NCBI GenBank assembly: GCA_904063045.1
Contig: CAJFCJ010000020.1
Span: 1,046,916 to 1,110,915, forward strand
DNA: 64,000 bases
Source: Dimorphilus gyrociliatus
Taxonomy: Eukaryota > Animalia > Annelida
Direction of reading: 5' to 3'
Part shown: in pieces, positions 1 through 12,315 of the stretch
Layout of the letters: every line of letters starts with the position of its first letter
Position numbering within the stretch: position 1 is the first letter of the stretch
Notes under the pieces: generated by a model
Told to the model about the DNA's origin: nothing
The model's input: the letters and a program-made list of their open reading frames with translations, nothing else
The model's database searches: none
Position numbers and translations under genes: made by a program

Positions 1-587
1 TTAAAAGGTTATGTTTATTCAATTTTGTATAAATAAAAAATATAAATATGCTATAAAACAAGTGAAGTATGGAATATTTCTATCGTTTGTCTATAGATAT
101 ATATATATTTGTAAATGCGCGCGTGTGTGTGTCTGTGTGTGTTTATAATATGCTTGAAGGAATGCCAGTAAAAAAAAATCAATAATCAAACACTACAAAA
201 TAAGAATGACTTTGGTAAATAAACATTTATTAAAGTGTAACGAAAATTGAAGAAATTATCATCTAGTTACAAATGATTATACATACACTTTGACCTTTTT
301 ATTACGTTATTTTATTATATCTGGAAATAAAAGGGTTAACCAAATTTGGCCAAAATTTAGATAGGCCATTAGCTTAGAGATTTCAATGCTGTGCATACCA
401 CACTAAGATTGAATACTTTCGATATTTTCTATGGTAGTACCTGTTACGGGCTTGTTTTCTCTTCTCAGCTAATAAAAAATTTTATATTGGATATCTTTTA
501 TATTTCGTCGTTTTAACTTCTTATCGACGAGCGGATGATTATAAAAAACATTGGATATTTCTTATTGAAAATTCGTTAAAGACTAAA

Positions 588-3311
588 ATGAATCAACTTG
601 AAATATCAGTTGGTTTATTATTACTAATAATAGCCACACCTACCTTTTCTAATGAATGTTTTTGTGATGGAACATCGTGTGTCTGTAGAAACTTGAAATT
701 AACTACAATACCTTTAAATTTGAACGAAAATATTGAAGTTTTGTTTATTATCGGCAATCCTATAAGTACTCTTCCAGATGCTGCATTTTCTAGATATAGT
801 AAATTAAAAATCTTAATTTTAAAGGATAATCAACTATCCGATATAAAAGATGGAGCTTTTAACGGACTAGATGATCTAATTGAACTGTCGTTAGAGGGAA
901 ATTTCCCTTTAGAGTCTTTTAGAAGTGAGTGGTTTTATCCTGTAAGAAATTTAAAGAAGCTCACACTATCTTCCAATCCTTTAGTACAAAAATTACCAAG
1001 TAATTTCTTAAAAGATCTAAAATTAGATAGTTTAAATGTTCGTCGATGTAATTTATTAAAAGTTGACAAAGGTATTTTCGCTGAGAATACAACAATAAAA
1101 ACATTGGATTTAAGGCATAATAGAATTGAACGCTTTGAAGACGGCTCTCTCGACCATCTAAAGATGAATTTATCTAATTTGAATCTTGGCTTTAATTCAC
1201 TTAATAAACAAGAGTCTTGGGAAGCTTTTGGAGGAATTCACTTCAATGAATTTAAAATAGACATGAATAATTTACGTAATCTGGATCCATTTAAATACGT
1301 TTCTGCCAAAACGGTTGATTTAGCCAATAATGATCTATCAAATGTAACCTTTGAAGACTTTCCGAATTTTATATCAATAACCCATCTTTTATTGAAAAAT
1401 ACAAGTATTAATTTAAACTATGGATCATTTCGAAATATGCCAAATTTAGTTCATCTAAATTTAGCATCAAATTTGATCGATTATTTGCATTATAGACAAT
1501 TCGAAAATAATGGTAAACTGGATTATTTGGACATTTCAAATAATAAATTAACTGCTTGGAGTTCAGTACACGCAAATTATGCACCAAATATTACCGATCT
1601 TAACCTTCAAGGGAATTTAATTGAAATTTTAGATGGATACGATTTTAATCCTTATTTGCAATTGCAAAGGTTAAACCTGAAAAGTAACCTAATAAAAACA
1701 ATACTGCCAAATACTAAGAGTATATTTGAGAGACTACGAAGCTATAATCTAAATGATAAGATTCTGTTAACGAATAATCCAATTCATTGTAACTGTGAAA
1801 TTAAGTGGCTTGCCGAGTATTCTAATGAAAATGTAGCCTTGAGTGAATTTGATAGTCCAATATGCGCATCTCCCGATTCTCTTAAAAATAAAAAACTTTA
1901 TGGGGACTTTAAGGACAATAATATTGATCAGCTAAGATGCAGTACAGCAAGTATTGACTTTATAGCCAATTCAACTTATACCGTTCAGGAAGGGAATGAA
2001 ATATATATTATGATAGAGATAAATGGAAATCCGGAAATAACCACTGTTGAAATAATATCTATAGATGGAGATGATAACTTTAACCTTTTATACGAATTTT
2101 ACTCAAAACAAGTCTATATACCTCTAAAATTCGTTGGCTCGAAAGAATCTAAAGGAATATATAGAATTATTTCATCAAATTCAGTTCTAAGCAAAAACTT
2201 TACTTTTGAACTCATTGTAGAGTTTCTACCAACAACGACTGAAAGGGATACAACAGTATTTCCTCAAACGGACTCTACCGTTACGAGTAAAGTTCAAGAG
2301 TTTACAACTCTAAATTCTAAAACAACAACTCAAGTGGAGGAACAAACTAAAAACTTTACCGATTCTGATATGGAAGGTAGCTCGGTAACTTTATATACTA
2401 GTTTCCAATCAACAACCTCCAATTCAGAAAATGCTACAAGTTTTGACCAGACAACAAAACAATTTAATTTCAGTAGCACAGAGAGAAATGATAACAGTAC
2501 AATAACTAGTGGAACTGGAGCTAATAACACAGAATCGAATAAAACAACACTAAGTAAAACAAGTAGTCAAACAACAACTACAATCAATTTCTTGTCTTCA
2601 CAATCTGAGAATAATAAAACGACAATATCATCCGAATTAAATACCCAAGAGACAATGGGAACTTCTCAAATAGTAGATGGGGTAACTATTACTTCAGACT
2701 ATGATGGAACAAGATCATCGACTTCAAGTGAGATTTCATCGAAAACGTATGAAACTTCAACACAGATAAATTTTGTGACCCAATCAGTATTAAGCACACT
2801 AAGGAATACACATACCAGCAAAAGCACTTTATCATACACTACATTGTCAACAAGAAGGAAATCAACAAGGACTAGAACAGAAAAATCATTACCTCCATCC
2901 TCCAAGGTTACACCAACTTCACGTATGTCTAAAGACAAGGGTACATTAAGTTCAGCTAGATATAAGCTTTTAATGATTATAGTTGCAGCTATATGCTTAT
3001 TCATGGTAATAATTCTATTATTCTATACGCTATCGTTGAGTTACGCAAATAGAACAACGACATACGGAGGGTCTCGAGATAACTTTTGTGTTTCGGATAC
3101 TCATTCAGGTCTGAGCCAAAAAACTTCGTTGACTACTTTACCAGGAAGTGATCAAGAAGAAGGTGGAACAACTTTTACTATCGTTGGAAAGGTAGAGAGA
3201 AATGGTACAGAAAGAGATATTGTCTCTATCTTGGATGAAACTACACCTTCTAACAGTACACATAGAGCTGAAGGACATAGGAATCCTGTATTTTCTGAAG
3301 ATATTTTATGA
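588..3311 (+). CDS. Single-exon LRR-Ig-mucin-like type I membrane protein (LRIG/LIG-like receptor)
   Basis: 907-aa ORF with signal peptide, LRRNT (CFCDGTSCVC), ~13 LxxLxLxxN repeats, LRRCT (NNPIHCNCEIKWL...PICASP), degenerate Ig-like segment, long Ser/Thr-rich stalk, hydrophobic TM (LLMIIVAAICLFMVIILLFYTL) and short cytoplasmic tail. Confidence 0.85.
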   Translation: MNQLEISVGLLLLIIATPTFSNECFCDGTSCVCRNLKLTTIPLNLNENIEVLFIIGNPISTLPDAAFSRYSKLKILILKDNQLSDIKDGAFNGLDDLIELSLEGNFPLESFRSEWFYPVRNLKKLTLSSNPLVQKLPSNFLKDLKLDSLNVRRCNLLKVDKGIFAENTTIKTLDLRHNRIERFEDGSLDHLKMNLSNLNLGFNSLNKQESWEAFGGIHFNEFKIDMNNLRNLDPFKYVSAKTVDLANNDLSNVTFEDFPNFISITHLLLKNTSINLNYGSFRNMPNLVHLNLASNLIDYLHYRQFENNGKLDYLDISNNKLTAWSSVHANYAPNITDLNLQGNLIEILDGYDFNPYLQLQRLNLKSNLIKTILPNTKSIFERLRSYNLNDKILLTNNPIHCNCEIKWLAEYSNENVALSEFDSPICASPDSLKNKKLYGDFKDNNIDQLRCSTASIDFIANSTYTVQEGNEIYIMIEINGNPEITTVEIISIDGDDNFNLLYEFYSKQVYIPLKFVGSKESKGIYRIISSNSVLSKNFTFELIVEFLPTTTERDTTVFPQTDSTVTSKVQEFTTLNSKTTTQVEEQTKNFTDSDMEGSSVTLYTSFQSTTSNSENATSFDQTTKQFNFSSTERNDNSTITSGTGANNTESNKTTLSKTSSQTTTTINFLSSQSENNKTTISSELNTQETMGTSQIVDGVTITSDYDGTRSSTSSEISSKTYETSTQINFVTQSVLSTLRNTHTSKSTLSYTTLSTRRKSTRTRTEKSLPPSSKVTPTSRMSKDKGTLSSARYKLLMIIVAAICLFMVIILLFYTLSLSYANRTTTYGGSRDNFCVSDTHSGLSQKTSLTTLPGSDQEEGGTTFTIVGKVERNGTERDIVSILDETTPSNSTHRAEGHRNPVFSEDIL

Positions 3312-6300
3312 CATTCAAACTATGTTAATAAGTTCTTTTGTTCGTTATTTTTCTTTTGTTTAGTTTTTTTTTACACTATTGAAGAAGATAGTCTCGTTGT
3401 GTCGGAATTCGTCGAAGTGTTTCATCTATGAATAAATAAGAAAGAGCGTCTAGTCATATTAAAATGTTGCTTATTATTATTATTTTTGAAAAAATTAACC
3501 TAATGAATGTTGTAGAGTATTAAAAAATTAAATCGATTCCGATTATATAATGATGTCCGTAGGCTTAGGCCTTTAGTTTGTTTATTTAAGAGAAAATATT
3601 TCACTAGATCAACAACAATTAAGATACTTATCAGCTTCTAACTACTATCAGTAAGAAAAATGGTATCTTTAATGGTAGAGCTAAAGAATTTTTCTCATTC
3701 CTCGTTGAACTAGAAAGTTAAAGAGAAACTAATAAGCAGTATAAATGAGATGTGTAAGTAATTTATTAATTTAATATCAAATAATAAGCGAATTATCATT
3801 GCCAATCAAATTAATAAAGTCGCACCTTTTGTCTTTTAAAAAAAATTCTATAGCTAAAAATCCTCCCACCAACGTTAAACAATTGAATATTGCTCCTAAA
3901 CTAATCACGATACTCCTACTGCTAAAGAGACCATAGTCTTCGTAATAATCTAGATTTATTATAGTAAATGGTTATTTTTTAAGTAAATCTATGGATTCTA
4001 TAGGATTTTTTATTATAATAGACCTTTTCTGTTCTTTAATTATAAGCTAGAACTTATTAATTTTCTTGTCATGTGTTATTCTTTATTAAATTTCTATATA
4101 AGGGTCAAAATTAGGTAATAAGAATTTCTTTTTTATGTCTAAAAACGAAGTTTTTATAATGAAAAGAGTAATAAAAAGTTAATGTGACCCTTTTTTTCTC
4201 TCTGTCTTTACCTTTCGTCTAAAGGAAAAACTATTAAATGTTGTAGTTAAAGCGTTGTTAGCCTAATCCACAAGACTTATCTAATCCTTTGGTGGCTTTG
4301 CCAGTCCTATTGTAAAAGAATAATTTAGGCATAGACTCTCTCTTAAGTACAACTCATAATTTAAACTTGTATTTAATCCTACCTAACAGACTTTTGGAAA
4401 TGTTGCCTTTGGTTAGCAGTAAGCAAACAGCTAGTACGTAATCGGCGTTTAACGGAAACGTATCAGATGTACACCGCTTTACAGGATTACAATATTGAAA
4501 GGTTAGAATAAGGCCTGTATTACGAACAGTACAACCTTTAAACTACCTGGCTTTTAGATTCCTTCTCAAATGGCATAAAGTGTAATATTTGAAGATCTTA
4601 TTAGGTCAGGACTGGAAATGTGATTAGGAATCCTTTTAAATTACTTTAATTTAGTTTTTTTTTCAGAATAGATTTATTCCTTTCATGATAATTTATTGGA
4701 ATGCAGTTGCCTCGATATGCAAAGTTTCCAGTTCAGCATCGATAATATATGTGCAGGGTCAGGTTCTAAAATCTTTCTTTTTTTATATTTTGCATAACAA
4801 GTCAACTCATTTCTTTCTGTTCAGAGGCATTTATGTATTTTGTTAACGGAAATAAAACGAACGATCATAGGCATTTAGATGGAAACAAAGAGAGAGACAG
4901 AGAGAGAGAGTAAACGAATATTTTAGTTATGCGATTACGATATACTCTAGATTTGCTTAATTAAAAATCGCTACCAAATAGTATATCACTTATCAGATGG
5001 AATTTTTGTACTACGGTTTCATATCGTTATTGCTCACTAGAGGGAATCAAAAAATTTCACTGAAAGTATGCTAAACAGAGAGCCTCTTATCGCGTTTGTC
5101 ATGCCTACTGTATTGTTGCTGACCTGTATCCTGCTTTGTAGGCCTTAAAAACATAGGAAAACATTTTTGTATGAAACTCATTACTCAGAAGAGGCATTAC
5201 AGAACGAGCGGCGGTGGAATTTACATCTCGCAAAGAGACAATGAGTTTACAGCCATCGTTTCTCTGCGACGTGTTACTTGTGCCGACGTTGTATTCAACA
5301 ATAGAAAATAAGGTAGATTCCAGGTAATAGAACTTTTGATGACTATTTGAGTTAAAAGAGTTTATAGTATTTTCTGTTTCTCACCCTCCCGCTCTGTTTC
5401 TCTCTGTGTGTCTGTCTGTCTCTCATTCTCTTTGTCTTTCTATCTAGCGATTAGTAGAGGGTAACAACTCTTTGATACGATAAAATATATGAAAATATTA
5501 AATATTTAAGGAAATTTTGATAAAGATAGTATAAACAAAAACAAAGTGTAAAGGCATATATCTACAGCATCTTTTTAATTAAAAAGAAATTTTACTCTAT
5601 GTTACAAAGTACGCTGTAACATATTTTCATAATACAAAGTAAGATGGTTAAAAAAAAAGGGCAAAAAAAAAAACTTTTTCTCAGATCGCTTGCTCGCTAT
5701 TTATTCTCTTACTTGTCTTAAAATCTTTAGTAGGATATTTACTGCTGACTATTCATAAGAATAAGATTCTTTAACAGATTTACTAATTATCCATGTGGCA
5801 ATTGTTACACATAAATTAAATATATAAAGATTTATGATGTATATGAATACTAACGATTTATTACAAGAGCCATTTATCTTAAATATTAATGGGTTGTTTC
5901 AAGAATTATCGTATATTTTCAGATATTTAGTATATATATATTAGTATATATATATATCTATAAGATATTGGTTATTCTCTACTTACTCAGTTTTATGGTA
6001 ATTTGTCTTTATTAAAATATTTTACTATCAAATCACAAGATGATAGCATATATTAATCCTTTTTCTTTTTTTTTTAAAAAAAAAGGCAAAAATCTGTGAC
6101 AAATTTTTTGTATATAGGAGAAATTTGAACTAGAAACATTTATTCAACTTTAAAAAATACTAAATAGCTATATAGTCAATATCTTATTTAAAAAGGTCTA
6201 TTATACTGTATATTGTTTATATAACTCTTATAAATTAAATTTATAATAATTAACAAGGCAATAGTTAATCATATATTTTGCAGTTGTATCCTTTTTCTGT

Positions 6301-7848
6301 TTAATATTTGAACATTTTCAACAATAGAAATAAATGATTCGAAATGTTACTTGTAATGTCGAAAAGCAGATGGCGTAGCTGGTAATAATTTTGCAATTGC
6401 CATGTTGAAAATTGATCCAGCAACCATTTTCGCTCTTTAGCCTAATAGAATACATATTGTATTTGTACATATGTCAGTACATATCAGTGGATAACTACAA
6501 ATAAGAAGGATAAATATTCAATAGCAGAGTGGTCTGTTTCCATTTCAGAATGAAATAGACGATTTTAGAGCTTGGGAATTTTCCAAAATAATACCAATGA
6601 TTCTAGCAAAGCTGTTATATTAAAAAATAAATTATCATTAGGAAAAAACTGTAAAGCACATTTTCATTAACGAAATAAAACATAATTTATGTTAAAGCCA
6701 TCAATTTATTGTTGACGCAAAACTGTAGCTGGAATTTTTCGTATCTATTTTAAAACTCAAGGCTAAAGTATTATCTTATCAACTACATAAAGAGTGAACT
6801 CAAATACAGTTGAAATCTCATTCGGTAAAAATGTATAGAAAACCATTAACTTTGATCAAATTCGATTCAAAAAATTGTTTTTAATTGTAATTTAGATGTT
6901 TCATTAGGAAATTATTGCTCTTATGTAATGCTTTATTGAAACATACGTATGTCTGTTGTTAAACGCATACTTAAAGTAGTATAATGGCAAATAAATTGGC
7001 ACTAATGCCAAAATTTTACACTTTTGAAAGTTACGACTACGTTTTAAGGTCGACGATACATCCCGAAAGAATAAGTTTGTTGACAGTCTGCCCTTCAAAA
7101 TTGGTAGAAAGCGTATTCGTTCTAAAGACCAATACTGCTGGGGGTAAAGGGAAAATCCAATTGCCTACCTATTAGGCTAAGTCCATTGAAAGGCAAATAA
7201 GGTGATTCTACCTTCCCTTTGTGCCAAAAAAGTCCCTAAAAAAGACAATTTAATAAATGTTTTGTTATTTAAATTTTATCTGGGAAAATACCAAGAGAGG
7301 GACACTGGCTTTAATTAATTTTCATCCCAATAGCGATTTACCATTTTACTTTTTGAATAATCTCGTATTTCAGTAATAAAAATATATAAATATACGATTA
7401 TTTATTGTTTTATTCTTAGACGTCTATTTTAAGAGACATTAGTTTTACTATCATACGTAATATGCAAATGAATATTGATTTTTTTGCTTTATTTTTGTAC
7501 TAATATTCACCAGCTCTCATTGTCAGACAGGAGGTTTTCTATAGAATTTCTCAAGGGATCAATGTCAAATATATAAATTTGCGATTCAAAATAGAACTTT
7601 CCATAAAATCTGCCATTTTGAATATTCATTAGTTTACTATAAATAGTTTGGTATTCCAAAACTAAGAATTAGTCATTGCAATGACGTCACACGATACTCT
7701 TATAAAATATCAACGATCTCTAACAATTTGCCAGTTGCGTATTGGCTCTCACTGACTAACCAACCAGAGACGAGAATTTTACTTAAATTGTGAATATTAA
7801 CCGAGAATATTCAAATTAAAAATACAATAAAATTTCTTATCACTGTAA

Positions 7849-9086
7849 ATGTATCCAGAAATTTCAAACTTTCCATTTGAAGATAGTGAAAATGTTGCAG
7901 CATTGTTGAACGATATTATCCAGGAAGACGGTTTTGCGGAAGGGAATCTTCCTTCGAATTTGGAAGATGATTTCTTAATAGGGGAATTTCTTCCATTAAT
8001 GAAACAAACCGAAGAATATATTGATCAATTTAGAGCTGAAGGTTCAACTGTAAATATAGTTTCTCCCACTGGAGATCAACAACAGTAAGCATTTAAACGA
8101 TAAAGTGATAATTAGATAAAAATTTCTCTTTGTGTTTTTAGGGGTTTTCCACTTTTTCCAGGAAAAAAGTATAAACCTCCTGCATTAAATCACCCGTCAC
8201 TCCTGTCTAGCGACGAGAATATTAGACTGGCTATTATAAGTCAACCGAGTGAAAAACACAGAGCTCGCTACCCGTCCGAAGGAAGCCGTGGAGCAATTAA
8301 AGGTCGAGAACATTTTGAGTATCCAGAAATTCAATTGCAAGGTTATTTTGGTTCATCGACTGTAACATTGCAAATTTTCTTAGCCAACGAAACGGGAAAT
8401 GTAAAACCTCATGGATTATATCAAGCTGTCATAGTAAAAGGACGCCGCCGAAGAGATTGTATCACTAAAGTTATTCAAGATACAAACGTCTTGGAGACAA
8501 AATTAAAGTCTTCCAATAATTATCGTGCCAAGTATGTTTCTTTATTCTAGTTTTTCCGATAACTTCATTTTGTCTAGATGATGCTTCAGGGTCGACTTTA
8601 TTGGAATCTTAAAAATACGAATCCGGGACGCAATCAGCAACAGCAGGAACTTAACAAGTAAAAAATCAAACAAAGTTAGACTTGCGTTTAGAGTATTAAT
8701 TAACGAAAATGATCCATACAATGGAAAGACATTGCAAACTGTTTCTGAAACAATTATTTGCAGTAAGTTAATTCTTTCAAACATGTTAATAAAAAATAGA
8801 AGCAGATATGTAATAGAAATTCGACTTCACTATGCTCTCCCTGCCTGTTGGACTGACACAGAACAACATCATCAAGAGATGCTTACGAAAAGTCGAGTCT
8901 TCTATATATATTTTTTGTCTATTTTTCAATATATAAAAAACATTCCTATGCAAAACATCGTTGTAATTCTATTTTCTTCGTGATAAATTTTCAGCTCAGA
9001 AAAAGGGTAATTCAAACACTATAACTACTACAACACCTGATGATTACTTATTTGCGAATGTTCCGACAACGATTGTAGATTTTTGA
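7849..9086 (+). CDS. NFAT5/TonEBP-like Rel-homology DNA-binding domain protein, 4 exons (~7849-8084, 8142-8531, 8590-8762, 8995-9086), ~296 aa
   Basis: Spliced translation contains SQPSEKHRARYPSEGSRGAIKG, LQIFLANETGNVKPHGLYQA, VDFIGILKIR, KVRLAFRV and LQTVSETIICTQ, matching the NFAT5 RHD. GT-AG sites keep frame and the exon sum of 891 nt is divisible by 3. Confidence 0.8.
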
Positions 9087-9856
9087 CTGATTTCTCGTTT
9101 TTTACACTCGATTAGAGAGAAAAAACGTGTAATTACCAAAAAAATAACAAAATAATCAAAACTATACTCCCTTCCCACTTCCCCAAGCACACTATTACAG
9201 CCAGCAAGCGAGCAAACAAACAAAAGTTGTGATTACTCTTTACTCAGAATGAGGCAATAACTCGTAACTCATCATAAATAGTTACTAAAGACAGTTCTCC
9301 CACCGTCATAACTCAGTTGGATGATCCGGGAAAAACTCTTATTCTTCTTTAGTTGTTATTTTCTCTAGATTCGCGAACAGTTTAATCTATTTCTTTTTTA
9401 TTATTTGACATAACAATTTAAGTTTTTCAGTTTTGTTTTTATTCTTCAGAAATATACAAGGAAAAACTCAAAACTATGTCTTTATTTCTTATCTATTTGA
9501 CGAATCAAATAGATTATTGTAGTTTGTATTACCTAGATATAATTACAGAATTGAAGGATTTTATAAATTTTATATTATAATACAGTATTATTAAAAATAT
9601 TCAAATTTTATTTAAAATATTTAAAAACTACCAACAAGTTGATAATTTTGTCATTGTACACCGTAGACTACCAAGCCTTATTTTTACTTGAAGTTTCCTT
9701 TTCAACAAGAATCGTGTTTACGCATTAAACTATATTGATCTCTTCATTTTCATCTTCAAATGAGATTAAATGAGATAAACTATTCGACAGAGAAGAAGTT
9801 TCTTTAATAACCTCAACAAATTTAACTTCAGGTTTTGCGCTGTATTTTTTTTTATA

Positions 9857-10393
9857 TTATAGAGTTGAATAGAAAAGAAAAAATACTTTTTGAATGGAAT
9901 TTTTACAAGCAGAGGTAAAATAGAAAAAAAAAGGTGTGTCCCCTGCTAGAAGTGCAGCTCGAATTAATGTGTAATTAATATTAAAGATAATTTTAATGAT
10001 ATTAAAACTAGTATATTTCTTTTCCAACTCTAATAAATCTAATAATTTTAAATCGCAATTCTCTAACTTAACTTGTAATTGCGCATCAACTTTTTCAGGT
10101 TTTTCTATATTTTCCACTTGAAAGAGAGTTTGGGCAGAATGTTCTTTAAAACTTGTTCTATGTGGTCTAAAACATTCAGTTTCTTCGTAGCTTATATCCG
10201 GAGTTGGTACTCGATAGATCGCTTCATTTCTTAAAAGTTTTACTAGGACAAATGAAGCAATTATCATGAGAAAGATACCATAAAAACAGATAATTAGGAC
10301 GTTTATAGAACCAGAAGAGCTCTCTTCTATTTCGATTATTGATGATGATTGATTGGATAAATTAGTAGTCCAATTCTCCTCTCCACTGGACAT
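9857..10393 (-). CDS. Small single-pass membrane protein of unknown function (3' end probably spliced, boundaries uncertain)
   Basis: MSSGEENW... Ser-rich N-terminus, one TM segment (VLIICFYGIFLMIIASFVLVKLL), charged cytoplasmic region. The ORF tail looks intron-like, with a possible further exon near 9720-9830 (EVKFVEVIKETSS...). Confidence 0.5.
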   Translation of the reverse strand: MSSGEENWTTNLSNQSSSIIEIEESSSGSINVLIICFYGIFLMIIASFVLVKLLRNEAIYRVPTPDISYEETECFRPHRTSFKEHSAQTLFQVENIEKPEKVDAQLQVKLENCDLKLLDLLELEKKYTSFNIIKIIFNINYTLIRAALLAGDTPFFFYFTSACKNSIQKVFFLFYSTL

Positions 10394-12315
10394 TCAGCAT
10401 TTTTTCTTTTTAGTTAAAAAGTTCAAAACTTCTCGAAATGAATTCAAATTCTCCCCTTTTTATATTTACCTTGTTCTATATTATTTTAATTTTTCAAATA
10501 TATCGATGATGTTTTTGTGGAATGTATTTATGTATTTTTCGTTTTGACGACTAATATTTCCCCAAAATGGCAACTGTACGATAACGCCATCTATAGTGAA
10601 AAAAATAAAATTTTGTCTACATCTTTAGCTACTCTAGTTGTTGTTATTTTAATGAATGAAACAACAAGTATATAGGGTATACAGTATACTATATATGTAT
10701 ACTGTATATATAAATTATAAGGGCAATTACACCCCTCTCTCTGTCTCCTTTTATAATTTAATATAATACATCATACTTTATAAACATTTGATAGTTTGTC
10801 ATAATTAGGTATAAAAGGATACTTATACGTAATACAAACGGAGATAAGTTTCTTTTTCTAATTAAGGTTGTGTCAAACCTACTTATGAATCTCAGTTTAC
10901 GACTTTTATATTCTCTCAGAGAAAAACAAATAAAGAAGTAAAAGAAGAAGAGAGAGTGTGTGTGAAAATAATAATTTCACCAGTGAAACCATTGATATAT
11001 ACGTCATATACATTTTTCTACCAGATTATTTATCTATCTGCCTCCAGAAGCCAACTAAAAAGGGAGCCAAGTAAGGCGAGTCAAGAAGATAGATAGTAAT
11101 TTGTAATACTTGATAAGTTTTCTAAATCTAATCCCTCTATAAATTGAAATAGTAAAACAACTAATAAAGAAGGGAAAAACAGAAAGAAAACAACATCACT
11201 TTCATATACTAGGAAAAAGTTCAAAGAAATATTTACAGTATATTAGGATTAATTATTGAACAACTGTAATATGAGAATATTTCTTTCTCTCTCTCGCTCT
11301 ACTTTCCCAATGTTGAAGCCTTTTAGTTTTGCTTCAGTGTTTAGCAAGTAAATTTTATTCTTTATGAATTAATCCTAAATATTAATACTGCCTTTCTACT
11401 TTTCTAGTACTAGACTATTTTTTTACATTTCACTAAACTTTCTTAAACGATATAGGACTTTAGCATATATCTATTATAGGATTATGTTCAACAGCTTCGT
11501 AATTACTTATAATTCAACCGGTGGAAGATACGTAGCAAAGGTATAATTATATCTCAGTTATATTTCAAACGAAATTAAAGAGCACACAGCATTTTGTATT
11601 TTACAACACATACACTTGTCGGTAAAAAACTAAGTCAGAATTTAATCTATCTTTAATTATATATTTTATAAAGACTTCTGTTATGTTAACTCGCTCTAAA
11701 GTCAACGAAGCAAAGTGTTTAATCTTTTCTGACAAGTAATTATTAACATATTTGATATATTTAAAAGATAAGAAATAGTTTATTGTTTTTTATCTTGGCC
11801 TCTCTGGTTTTCATACCCTTTAATGGTTAGAAAGAATTTTATTAACTTTCTACTATGCGTCTTATTTATTATTTTTGTAAATAAATAATTGTATTCTTTC
11901 CTTCTTTCTTCATTCTATCAACTAAAATCGGAAGAAAGATTTTAATTATAAACAAGTTTTCTTTCTCTTATTTTCATTTATTTATTTCGTAAGAAAAAGA
12001 GAACTTTTAATCTTTACCGTGAAATTGAAGGCTGTCCAAAACAAATAGCTAGTAATAAAGAAACTTTTACAAAAAGAAATATTCAATTGTCAATGCCGTG
12101 AGCAAAGTTTTCAGCGGCTTATACTTCTCTTACAAAACCGATGGCTAAGCGTCTTATTCACCGGACTACTTAGTCAATAATAAGCTCGCTTTCTAGCTAC
12201 TGCAAACACTTCATTTACAATTCTTTTCGGCCTTGTTCAGTCTGATTTCTCGATTCGCTCTTGCGATATTTCTTGTTTTACAGTCAAAGATAACTTTAAT
12301 GGATAAGCCCAAGAA

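Noticed and set aside
2330-3004. Minus-strand ORFs 2330-2530 and 2699-3004
   Set aside because: Antisense shadows of the Ser/Thr-rich stalk of the LRR gene
3620-4200. Possible mitochondrial DNA insertion (AT-rich, hydrophobic translation)
   Set aside because: No recognisable mitochondrial protein, rRNA or tRNA motif in any frame, including with TGA read as Trp
4200-4620. Tc1/mariner-like transposase fragment (YVSVKRRLRTS...)
   Set aside because: Many stops, no DD34E/D motifs and no terminal inverted repeats seen
6286-6295. U12-type donor-like GTATCCTTTT (also ATATCCTTTT near 63863)
   Set aside because: Not at an exon boundary of any modelled gene on that strand
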